Source: an uncultured Methanosarcinaceae archaeon (GTDB lineage: Archaea; Halobacteriota; Methanosarcinia; Methanosarcinales; Methanosarcinaceae). From it: a DNA stretch of 64,000 bases. The notes under the pieces are model-generated. The model was not told the DNA's origin. It searched no databases and was given only the letters and a program-made list of their open reading frames with translations. This document shows, in pieces, positions 1-9,723 of the stretch. The position numbers and the translations under genes were made by a program. The stretch is from positions 192,001 through 256,000 of the forward strand of contig CAVSHT010000009.1 of the NCBI GenBank assembly GCA_963727895.1. The letters are read 5' to 3'. Every line of letters starts with the position of its first letter. Within the stretch, counting starts at the first letter, position 1.

Positions 1-243
1 TCAGAAGTTATAAAGGATGGAGCTTTAAGTGCAAAAATGAAAGAACTCATGATGGTTGCAATTGCTGTCTCCCTACGTTGTGAATATTGTCTCTGGAAGC
101 ATGTTCCTGAAGCTGTACGATTGGGAGCGACTCGTGAGGAAATCTTAGAGGCAGTCAGTACTGCCATAGTAATGGCTGGCGGCCCTGCAGTAGCGTATGG
201 ATCAGCAGTGATTCTTAATATTCTGGATGAACTGAACGCTTGA
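1..243 (+). CDS. Carboxymuconolactone decarboxylase/AhpD-family protein, 5' end cut by window edge
   Basis: Frame is open from base 1 (SEVIKDGALSAKMKELM...). Contains RCEYC (CxxC) and GATREEILEAV, typical of CMD/AhpD. Confidence 0.85.
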   Translation, partial: SEVIKDGALSAKMKELMMVAIAVSLRCEYCLWKHVPEAVRLGATREEILEAVSTAIVMAGGPAVAYGSAVILNILDELNA

Positions 244-262
244 AAAGGTGAGGTAAAGGAAG

Positions 263-660
263 TTGTCCAAAGGAAAAACTAGTACTATGAAATGCGAGAT
301 TTGTGGGTGTGAACTGGAAAAAGAAGACTGTATAGAAGAGGAAGGCAAAGTTTTCTGTGAAGACTGCTTTATAGAAGCCCATCATAAGATTCAGACCTGT
401 GACCCCTGGGCAGTTCGTTCCAAGAAAATCTTCAGGAAAGAAGCAGGGCTTGAAGGTACAGAAGGCTTGACTGAACTACAAAAAGCAATATATGAGTTTA
501 TTGTCTCCAGCGGAGGAGTAAAAAAGAGGAAATTGCAAAAAAATTAGGAATATCTCTTATAGAAACTGAAAACCAGTTTGCGCTCCTGAGGCATTGTGAG
601 CTAGTAAAAGGGCAAAAAAGAGCAGACGGCGTGTATCTGGTACCTTTTGAGAGTAAATAA
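263..660 (+). CDS. Cys-rich Zn-finger plus HTH-like hypothetical protein, frameshifted in an A-run near 520
   Basis: ORF 263-547 has CEIC..C..CEDC. Adding one A near 520 continues it as EEIAKKLGISLIETENQFALLRHCELVKGQKRADGVYLVPFESK* (stop 658-660). Confidence 0.7.
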
Positions 661-824
661 CTCCAAAAATACTTTATTTATCTCAAATTAAGAAAAATTG
701 AAGCAAATATAGTCCAAAATACCTAGAATTAGCATATGTAAAACCGAAAAAGTACTCAGAAAAGATTAACTAATTTCTGTTTTATAAAATGGAACTTGAG
801 GATGATTTACTTGAAGGAAAGATA

Positions 825-943
825 GGCTTTATAGAAAACCTATCTAAACCCATTTCAAGATGATGAAGACAAACAAGCAAAAATATCAGGTGATTAATTT
901 CGAGTTAATGGAGTTCGTTATTTCAGAGGAACTCTACATAGCC
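825..943. mobile_element. MITE-like element (~119 bp)
   Basis: Imperfect terminal inverted repeats ggctttatagaaaacc / ggaactctacatagcc. Shares tagaaaacctatctaaa and its 3' end with the element at 58886-59000. Confidence 0.6.
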
Positions 944-964
944 GAAAGAGATACTTTCCGAACC

Positions 965-1656
965 TTACTTAGGGCAAATTTCCTTGAGACCATCAGCTAC
1001 ATCAGCCAGAAGTTCAATGGGAATTCCCATAATCATTTCTTCATCTGCAGATCTTGGTGTATGTTCTGCTACCGCTGCAACCGACTGTAACTCCGATTTT
1101 GCCTTCTTTATATGCCTGTACGACCCCATCCGAGCACAAGCTCTGCTTTCCTGCAAAACTCGCTTCAATCCTGCCGCCTGTTTTATACATCATGGCCTGT
1201 GTAAGCAACATAATCTGTTTGGGGGTGCAGATAACCACAACAACATCCGGAATAAACGTGGCTTTTTCCAGGGGAGAATACAGAATAGCTTCTGTTGAGT
1301 TTGGGGGAAGCTTGGGAACTCTTTCAAGGGTACGTCTTGCAGCGCCCTGAGTGCTGAATTGTTTGAGTTTATTATAATAAAATTCTCCACTTGCAACTTT
1401 TGGAGGCATTTCGCCAAGACCCATTGCACCAGCACCGCCTTTGCACATTTGGTCTTCACCAAGGGTATAGAACTCTTCGCCAGTCCGCCTTACTCTATCA
1501 ACAAGCTGGCAGTGTCTCATAGCCTCATCTACTTTCTTCATCCCTGCCGGAACTTCCCCTCCTTTTGGAATCAGTTTTACTGCAACAGGAGAAGTCTTGA
1601 GTTTAAGGCACTCTACAAGTCTCCTGTCCATACTTGTTTATCTCTTTAACATCCAT
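965..1656 (-). CDS. DUF169 family protein, frameshifted
   Basis: Segments MDVKEINKYGQ (ATG 1656), ORF 1041-1631 (SPVAVKL, MRHCQ, CKGGAGAMG, GCSGSRTY) and C-terminus ADEEMIMGIP in ORF 965-1168. Confidence 0.8.
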
Positions 1657-1696
1657 ATTTTTGACTCCAGTTTTAAATATCGATTATTTACCTAAT

Positions 1697-2071
1697 TTAG
1701 TGATGAGAGCAATTACAGGTACCATCTATAGATAATTCTTGCAGCGATCCATTGTTATAGTCCTCAACTGCGTTGGAAACCTTACCCGTTATTCCTGCAA
1801 ATACTGTTATATTCTTTTGGTTAGTGACATTAATGGTCTTCCACCAATACCCGCAACGAGAACAGCATCGACATTATACGATTTCAAGATTATTGAAGGA
1901 GCAGCGCAATTATGTTCGACCTTCAGGAGACAGGTTGCTTATTGTCTTAACACTTTCAATATCTGTGTTGTTTACGTCTACAATTGTAAAATATTCGCAT
2001 GAGCCATAATGAAAACAAACATCGGATTCTAATCCAATATCACTCATCGATGGTATAGCAATTTTTGTCAT
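1697..2071 (-). CDS. NifB/NifX-family Fe-Mo cofactor-binding domain protein, frameshifted and absent from the ORF track
   Basis: Manual translation across frames: MTKIAIPSMSDIGLESDVCFHYGSCEYFTIVDV...HNCAAP...VDAVLVAGIGGRP...GTCNCSHH*. Confidence 0.8.
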
Positions 2072-2138
2072 TTTCTACTCTTCCTCTTTAGTATTTACTC
2101 ACTTTTTTTCCTTATTTTTGGGGCAGCAGTAATTGTTC

Positions 2139-2589
2139 TCAATGAACCTTTTTCCTCTTCCGTCGCCACCGTATTCGATAGATTATCCTGGAACCACACA
2201 TTGGACAGCTTGTTGGGCGTTCCTCATTACACTCTAATTCCCACGAATGCTCGCATCCATTACAATGGAATTCGACCCTGCATTCGCCACTATTCACATA
2301 TTCTCCCCCGGAAATCTCAATTCCTTTGCCATTGACAAGGGCATCAACCACTTTCTGGTCGGGCTTTTTGCAAGTCATTCCAGAAAGTTTTTCTGGAGAT
2401 TCCCATCATATCCGCGGCCTCGTTTTGCTCAACATGAAGGAGATCACAAAGACGAATAGCTTCAAGCTCTTCTATGGATAAGTTGACAATTTCGAGATCG
2501 CAGAGAGGGACTTCCCTGGGTTTATAATATGTGGCTTTTGGAAGACATGATACTCTGCGCTTAACTCTGTTCACCATCAAATTACACAT
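2139..2589 (-). CDS. DUF134 (UPF0251) putative DNA-binding protein with C-terminal Zn ribbon, frameshifted near 2360
   Basis: EELEAIRLCDL..QNEAADMMGISRKTFW, then KVVDALVNGKGIEISGG and CNGCEH..CPMCGS. Confidence 0.85.
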
Positions 2590-2751
2590 ATGCGAAGTAA
2601 TATAAGTAATTTATTATACGTCACAATATAATTCAAATTCAATCCAGAAAAACATGCTACGAGCTGTTAATCCACTTAAAAAAGTTCCATCTCTAAAGCT
2701 AATAAATAACAGGTTTTCTATATATTCTATTAGTTCAGTGAGGGTGTTTTT

Positions 2752-4109
2752 ATGGAGAACTCAAAACCTTATTTCAACCCTGAAATCGAAACTATGGACA
2801 GGGGAGAACTTGATGCTCTAATAGAAGAGCGAATTCGATACACGATAAAATATGCGGCAGAAAATTCTCCTTTTTACAGAAAATGGTTTGAACACAGGGT
2901 GTAGACCCACGTGAAATTAAAGCCCATGAGGATCTGCTGGATCTTCCTGTAATCTCGGGAAAGACTATTCGTGAAAACCAGCCTCCAGAAATGAAGGACT
3001 TTATGTTCAGGAGTGTAGGATGGGGAAAAGTTTTCACAGTTCATGAGACTAGTGGAACTAGCGGAATTCCAAAGAGTTTTTTCCTCACATGGGAAGACTG
3101 GGAACGTTATTCAGAGAAATATGCCCGGATTTTCAGGTCACAGGGTTTTGGTCCTGGAGACAGAGTTATTGTCTGTGCTTCTTACGGTATGAACGTAGGG
3201 GCTAATACCATGACCTTTGCGGCCAGGGAGCTTGGCATGAGCATTATTCCGGAGGGAAAATGTACATTTCCTCTGCGTGTTATCGAAATTTATAGACCTA
3301 CAGGCATAGTAGGTAGTGTATTCAAACTCCTAAATCTTGCCAGAAGGATAACAGCAGAGGGTAGAGATCCTCAGGAATCAAGTATAGATAAATTGGTTGT
3401 TGGAGGAGAAGCATTTGCTGACGAGTCCAGGTCTTATCTGTCCGAAATCTGGGGCTGTCCTGTGTATAATACATATGGGAGCACGGAAGGCACAATGTGC
3501 GGGGAATGTAGTGAGATGTCTGGACTCCACGTACCTGAAGATTTTGTCCATCTTGACATATATGATCCTCACCTCGAGAATTATGTACCCGAGGGAGAAT
3601 GCGGAAGAGTTGTTCTGAGCACCCTGCTACCTGTTGGGGCAAAAGCAGGAAACCTTCTTTTAAACTACGATACCGAAGATACAACTTTAGTACTTACACG
3701 CAAACAGTGCCCATGTGGGAGAACACATATGAAAATTATGAATCCACAAAGGGAAAACGAAACAGCGTGGATAGAGGGAGTTCCATTTAACCGCGTAGAC
3801 GTGGAAAGAGGCGTTTTCCAGCGTGAAAACATGGACTACTTGACCGGAGAATATGAGGCATTCCTTTATGGTGAAGAAAATGAAGGAGAAACCATACTCA
3901 GAATAAGTATGGAATGTGAAAATCCTGACATATGTGACCGGAATCTTATAGAAGAGAACTTTATCCGTGCTTTTTTTAGGTATAAACCCCCACTTTTCAG
4001 GGCTTATTCCGAAGGTACTTTCAAAATCGTATTTAACTTCACAGGTCCTATGGAGCTCGAATTAAACAGGATAAAAGGAAGACCCAAGAGACTTGTTGAT
4101 AGACGATGA
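2752..4109 (+). CDS. ftsA: Coenzyme F390 synthetase / phenylacetate-CoA ligase family, frameshifted near 2895
   Basis: N-terminus MENSKPYFNPEIETMDR..AAENSPFYRKWF from 2752. Adenylate-forming motifs TSGTSGIPK, YGSTEG and CPCGRTH in ORF 2991-4109. Confidence 0.8.
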
Positions 4110-4471
4110 AAATAAAAGCACAAAAATGCTGAAGCATGTTAATACAGATAAATTATAGTTACTCCGGAAAAATAAGTTTAAGCCGAAAATTTCATTTGTG
4201 CTGAAAAAATGAATTCATATTTGAGTGTATATTCAGTATAATTTTCAGAAAATATCATAAAAACTGATTAAACTTCCTTTTACTTTTTGTTTATTTACAA
4301 TATTTGTTATTAAATAAAGGAATATATTTATTTACGGAGTAAGAATATAAGTCGTTCCCAAAGATTAATATTAGTGGAGAATAATTATTTGGAGATTAAC
4401 TCTTTTATATTAGTAATTAAGTGAAAAAAACATATATAGTGATACTTACAATAAGATAAAGTAATATCTTG

Positions 4472-4497
4472 TAGTAAGATCTCATAGTAAGATCTCA
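4472..4497. repeat. 13-bp tandem duplication upstream of nikR
   Basis: tagtaagatctca at 4472-4484 and 4485-4497. Confidence 0.8.
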
Positions 4498-4541
4498 TAG
4501 ATAATTCTAAGTAGATAATGTTAAGATTACCTGGTGATACG

Positions 4542-4964
4542 ATGGAAACAGAACTTATGAGGATAGGGGTTTCCCTTCCCGATACCCTTCTGGGTAAATT
4601 TGATGAGATAATAGAAAAAAGAGGTTATTCTTCCCGTTCGGAAGGCATAAGGGACGCCATCAGGAATTACATATCCTATTATGAATGGATGGGCGACATT
4701 AAAGGGTACCGCGTTGGAACGATTTCAGTTATTTACGATCATACTAAAAGGGGGCTCTCAAATGCCCTTGCAGATATTCAGCACCAGTACTCGCACCTGA
4801 TAAAGTCTTCAGTACATATACACCTTGATCATGACAATTGTTTTGAAGTAATCGTTCTTGATGGGGAAGGTGAAGAAATTAAGGAACTTGCAGAAACTAT
4901 AATGGCCCTCAAAGGAGTAAAGTTTTCAAAACTCACAACTATAGCATCAAACGAGAAGATTTGA
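4542..4964 (+). CDS. nikR: Nickel-responsive regulator NikR
   Basis: RHH N-terminus [21 protein letters not shown] and Ni-binding HIHLDHDNC. Confidence 0.95.
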   Translation: METELMRIGVSLPDTLLGKFDEIIEKRGYSSRSEGIRDAIRNYISYYEWMGDIKGYRVGTISVIYDHTKRGLSNALADIQHQYSHLIKSSVHIHLDHDNCFEVIVLDGEGEEIKELAETIMALKGVKFSKLTTIASNEKI

Positions 4965-5096
4965 TCTTCTCTTAAAAGACAGAAGTTTACATTTGAAGTC
5001 GTGAGGAAAATCGACTGAAAAAGAGAACAGTATTCTAGAGAAAAAGTCTAAAAGGGAAAGAATCTCAAAGTCGAAAAACTTATTGATTCTTCTGAT

Positions 5097-5453
5097 TTAA
5101 GCTTTTTCAAAATGCTTCTCAATATATTCGAGGAGCAAGCTTCCGAACTCTGTGAGGTCGTATATCTGGAAACTGCGTTTTCTTCTAGAGTCAACCAGAC
5201 CTGCTTCTTTTAACAGCTTAAGGTGATAGGAAAGAGCTGAATGCTTTTGGTCCGTGCATTCTACAAGGACACAAACACAAAGGCTCTGGACCTCAAGTGC
5301 TTTGAGAACCCTGAGACGGGTTGGATCTGCAAGTACTTTAAATAAGCTAACGATTTCTTCCACATCTTCATTCATTGCCGTACGCACAGCTTCAAACACG
5401 TCTTCCGGAAGACAATATGCATCCTTTACTTCAATTATTTTTTTTTCAGACAT
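5097..5453 (-). CDS. ArsR/SmtB family regulator
   Basis: FKVLADPTRLRVL, LCVC and SALSYHLKLLKEAGLV. Confidence 0.9.
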   Translation of the reverse strand: MSEKKIIEVKDAYCLPEDVFEAVRTAMNEDVEEIVSLFKVLADPTRLRVLKALEVQSLCVCVLVECTDQKHSALSYHLKLLKEAGLVDSRRKRSFQIYDLTEFGSLLLEYIEKHFEKA

Positions 5454-5849
5454 TTATTCCACTTGACCGTCACTTCGAATAAAGCATGTGGTTATTATTT
5501 TAACCTTTTTGTTAATTTTCCTTACTTGTTAGATTCTCAAGTTTGAAAATATAAACTTAATTTATAATATCCTGTGATATCTTGCATTATAGAGATTATT
5601 CTATTTTATCGATTCAAAATATCCTTATCCGTGAAAAGCACTTATCTCCATCTAAGCCCCAGCTCCGATAGACAGAAAAATCCATAAATACATGTAGGAT
5701 TTGAAAATTGTATTTATGAATAGTTTTATCGTATCAGATTTATAAATGAAAAATCAATTAATTTTTTTATTTTCTTCTTTGGTTTTAAGTTATTTTTTAC
5801 AAGAATTAGCTTGTTATCTTAAAATAGGTCTTGGTAAATACTGATAGAT

Positions 5850-7280
5850 ATGAAAATGCAGATTAGTGGAAAACCTGTGGAAGCATGCAATGAGGATTTT
5901 TTTGACGTTATAAATCCAGCAACAGGTGAACTTATTGAAAGGATTCCAAAAGGCACAGAAGATGATGTAGTAGTAGCTGTTGAGGCTGCATCGTCAGCTT
6001 TTGATAGTTGGGCTTCCACATCTCCTCAACAAAGAGCCGGAGTCTTTTACAGAGCTGCGGGAATTGTAAGACAGAGAAAAGACGAACTTGCTGGCTTACT
6101 TACCAGGGAACAGGGTAAACCTCTTGCCGAAGCTAAAAACGAGCTTGAAGGTTTTTCAAATGTCCTTGAGTACTATTGTGGGCTTGCAAGTAGTTTTCAT
6201 GGAGATTTCATTACAGTTCCTCAAAATGGATATGCTTTTACCATAAAAAAACCTCTAGGTATCTGTGCAGCGATAATTCCCTGGAATATGCCTGCTCTTA
6301 TTATGGCATGGAAGATAAGCCCTGCCTTGATAACTGGGAATACAGTTGTTTTAAAACCTGCAAGCAATACTCCCCTTACTAATCTTACCCTGGCTTCTAT
6401 CCTGAATGAAGCAGGGCTTCCACCAGGTGTACTAAATATCGTTACAGGACCTGGGGAAATAGTAGGAGAAAATCTGGTTAAAAGCAATAAAGTAAAAAAA
6501 ATCTCTTTTACTGGTGAAGCTAGAACTGGAAAACGTGTAGCTGAACTTGCAGCCAGTGGGATGAAAAGAATAACTCTTGAGCTTGGAGGGAGTGATCCCA
6601 TGCTAGTATGTGATGATGCTAACCTTGAGGATGCAGTTATAGGGGCTCTCAGAGGAAGATTTTACAATTGCGGACAGGCCTGTACTGCTGTAAAGAGACT
6701 GTTTGTTTTTGAATCAGTAGCTGAAGAGTTCATAAAAAAGCTTGAAACAGGCATTGGGAACTTAAGAGTTGGAAACGGGATACATGAAAACGTTGATATG
6801 GGACCTCTTAACAACCGTAAACAGTGGGAATATATAAAAGAACTTGTAGCCGACGTTAAAGAGAAGAATGAAGGCAAAATAATTACAGGAGGTAATGTTC
6901 CAGAAGGCAGCGCTTACAGCAGGGGATATTTCTTCGAGCCCACGCTTGTTGTAGATGTTCCAGAGGATTCCAGATTATTGAAAGAAGAAATATTTGGTCC
7001 GGTGTTACCTATAGTGCGGGTAAAAAACCTTGATGAAGCAATTGAAGTAGCAAACAATAGCTGTTATGGACTTGGTGCTTCTATCTGGACAAAAAACATT
7101 GATCGAGCCCGTATAGGATGTGAACAATTGAATGCAGGAATTATCTGGGTAAATCAGCATCTGAAGGTTGCTCCTGAAGCTCCTTTTGGAGGCACCAAGG
7201 AGAGCGGAATAGGAAGAGAAAACGGGCCTGATGCCCTTTCAGAATATCTTGATCTGAAAACAGTAATGCTAAAAATCTGA
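5850..7280 (+). CDS. NAD(P)-dependent aldehyde dehydrogenase
   Basis: PWN, SFTGE, LELGGSDP, GQACTA, EEIFGP and PFGG motifs. Confidence 0.95.
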   Translation: MKMQISGKPVEACNEDFFDVINPATGELIERIPKGTEDDVVVAVEAASSAFDSWASTSPQQRAGVFYRAAGIVRQRKDELAGLLTREQGKPLAEAKNELEGFSNVLEYYCGLASSFHGDFITVPQNGYAFTIKKPLGICAAIIPWNMPALIMAWKISPALITGNTVVLKPASNTPLTNLTLASILNEAGLPPGVLNIVTGPGEIVGENLVKSNKVKKISFTGEARTGKRVAELAASGMKRITLELGGSDPMLVCDDANLEDAVIGALRGRFYNCGQACTAVKRLFVFESVAEEFIKKLETGIGNLRVGNGIHENVDMGPLNNRKQWEYIKELVADVKEKNEGKIITGGNVPEGSAYSRGYFFEPTLVVDVPEDSRLLKEEIFGPVLPIVRVKNLDEAIEVANNSCYGLGASIWTKNIDRARIGCEQLNAGIIWVNQHLKVAPEAPFGGTKESGIGRENGPDALSEYLDLKTVMLKI

Positions 7281-7438
7281 TATACGAATAAAAATAAGAC
7301 CTGATGTCTGAGCAAAAATAAGCTATGAAAAAACCCTGGACTTTGAGAACAATAAAATAAAGAGATTTTTGATGAGCCAGTTAACATGCAGCTCATCGGA
7401 CTTTTTTTCTGTAAAATCTGATATGTAAGTTATAAAAC

Positions 7439-7711
7439 TTACTTTTTCTGATATTTGGGCAGAAGCTGCATGAATTCGGAAGCTTCCATAACCGGCACGC
7501 TGTCAATCACACAGATATCCGACCAGGGCAGATTGAAAGCTCCGTAAGCTTCGGCACTTTCTGCTTCGTAAAGGATGTAATAACGGTTTCCGGAAAGGTC
7601 AATCCACTGGTTAATGACATCGATTCCGTCTGGAATTTCCAGTTTCTTAAAATGTTCAAGGATCTTATCGCGGTTCGAAGGGTCCCAGGTACTAACGTCC
7701 ATGAATAACAT
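7439..7711 (-). CDS. DUF3303/GYD-like small protein
   Basis: 90 aa with QWIDLSGNR and PWSD..IDSVPVM pattern. Confidence 0.7.
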   Translation of the reverse strand: MLFMDVSTWDPSNRDKILEHFKKLEIPDGIDVINQWIDLSGNRYYILYEAESAEAYGAFNLPWSDICVIDSVPVMEASEFMQLLPKYQKK

Positions 7712-8129
7712 CTTTTACCACTCCTCTTATTTCTACGCTGCCAATACCCCTTCCCGGAAGCTAAGGCAGCTTTTTACAGCATCCGGGATATTTTTTGAGA
7801 GCCAAGCCTCAAGGGAAAACAAATCTATTCTCCTGTGCCATCCCCGCAAACGCGGATTTGACCAGCAAGCCCCCAAAACGCCGATTAACGGCAGAATCCA
7901 GATTATTTTAGATTTTTACTGTCTTTTCCTTATTTATCATTGCTAAATCCCCATGAATGACAAATCCGGAAGGACAGGTAATCATGCAGAAAGAAATTCT
8001 GCATGCAGATACAGACAGTATATTATCATCCCTTAGACTATATAATAGTTCGTCCTGAAAGACTATATTAAGTCAGGTGACTTATTCAGGTATACAAAAA
8101 TTTTAATGAAAATACAGGATGTAGCTTTC

Positions 8130-9468
8130 TCAGTCGAGCCAGCAAACCTCGCAATTGTCTTCTTTTTTCATGAAGAAGTTTGCAGCTTCAAACCCGGCTT
8201 TTACAGAGCCGTTCATGCTTCTTTCCGGGTAATTGGTTGATGAGAACATTCCTGCCAGGTAAAGTCCGGACGGGCCCGGAGCAAATGGCAGAACTTTTTC
8301 AAGGTACCCCTGTTCATATACAGGCGCAGTATCCATTCTGCGGAAGAGTTTCCCCAGTGGATATCGGTCCTTGAAAAATCAGGAAACATCTTTTCCAGGC
8401 CCTTCAGGTAAGAATCCAGGACTTCTTCTTCCTTCTTCAGCCAGAGAGCATCTTTTCGTCCTGGAAATAGGAGGTTACATAGACAAGGTGTTCTCCATAA
8501 TCCTCAAAAGGCAAAAAATTGGTGTGCTCAATTACGGCTCCAAAAGGCACGTCAGCTTTTATGTTCAACCAGTAATTTCCATCTTCCATAAGCCCTTTGT
8601 CAAGTCCTATAAGGGCACATGCAGTCCCCTGATAACGAATGCTTTGCAGGGTTTCGTGAAGAGCTCCAAGCTTGCCTTTTGTGATTGCATCCAGTACTCT
8701 GGGTTCAACAGTTGAAATCACGGCATCGCAGGGTATAAAATCCCCGTCAGTAACCACTCCCTGCACTGCATTGTCTTTGATTACAATTTCTGTTATTGCT
8801 TTGTTTCGCAAGATCCTGCCCCCCTGTGCAGTGATTTCCCTTGCCAGAGCTTCTATCAGGGAGTTAAACCCTCCTCTCAGGTACCCCAGTTTTTCTCCTT
8901 CTTTTCCCCTATCTGACCTTATTTTCACCCGCCCTATAAGCCAGGCTGCAGAAACATTTTCGGCATTTTCACCGAATTTGCTTTTCATCAGAGGAGCAAA
9001 AAAGTTTTCATATACGGATTTTCCCGCAGTATCAAGAATCCAGTCTTTTGCTTTTATTCTGTCATAGGAAGTCGTATCATTTATCAGCTTAATCCTGAGA
9101 ACCAGCAGGCCAAGTTTTACCAGATCCGTAAAAGAAAGAGGGTTAAACCTTAGAATTTCAGCAGGAGTATTCATAGGATAGTTTTTTCCGTCCACAAAAT
9201 AGGCGTTTTTTCCCTTAAGCCACAGCATTTGATCTTCAAGCCCCAGTTCCCTTATCAGGTCAAGAAGTTCCGAATCGCTCCTGAATATATGGTGGTAGTA
9301 CTTTTCTATAAAGTATTTCTTTCCGGAAAACTCCAGACAATAGCTTGCTGCCATTCCCCCAATTTCAGCATCTTTTTCAAAAATAACAATCTCATTAGAT
9401 TTACAGAGCTTATACCCGGCTGACAGACCTGCAAGCCCGCTTCCGATTATTACGATTTTCATACCCAC
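8130..9468 (-). CDS. FAD-dependent oxidoreductase (protoporphyrinogen oxidase/amine oxidase-like), frameshifted near 8440-8340
   Basis: GSGLAGL dinucleotide motif and IEKYYHHIF. C-terminus GLYLAGM..YPERSMNGSVKAG is in a separate ORF (8130-8336). Confidence 0.85.
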
Positions 9469-9723
9469 TTTTTCCTTATCTATCTAACTTTTAACCCAAA
9501 TTTGGCTGTTCCTTAAGATTTCAAACCCCTATCTATATATAAAAAAAGTAAAGTGTTATATCTCTTTTTCCACAAAAGTTTGTAGAACCCAGATTCCTTT
9601 AAAAATCACTAATATATCGATATGCTTAACCGCTATATATATTTTAAACTAACTTATATTAGAGAAGCGAATATATTAATTGAGAAATATCTCTGGTAAT
9701 CCAGAGGCTTGAGGGGTAAAGGG

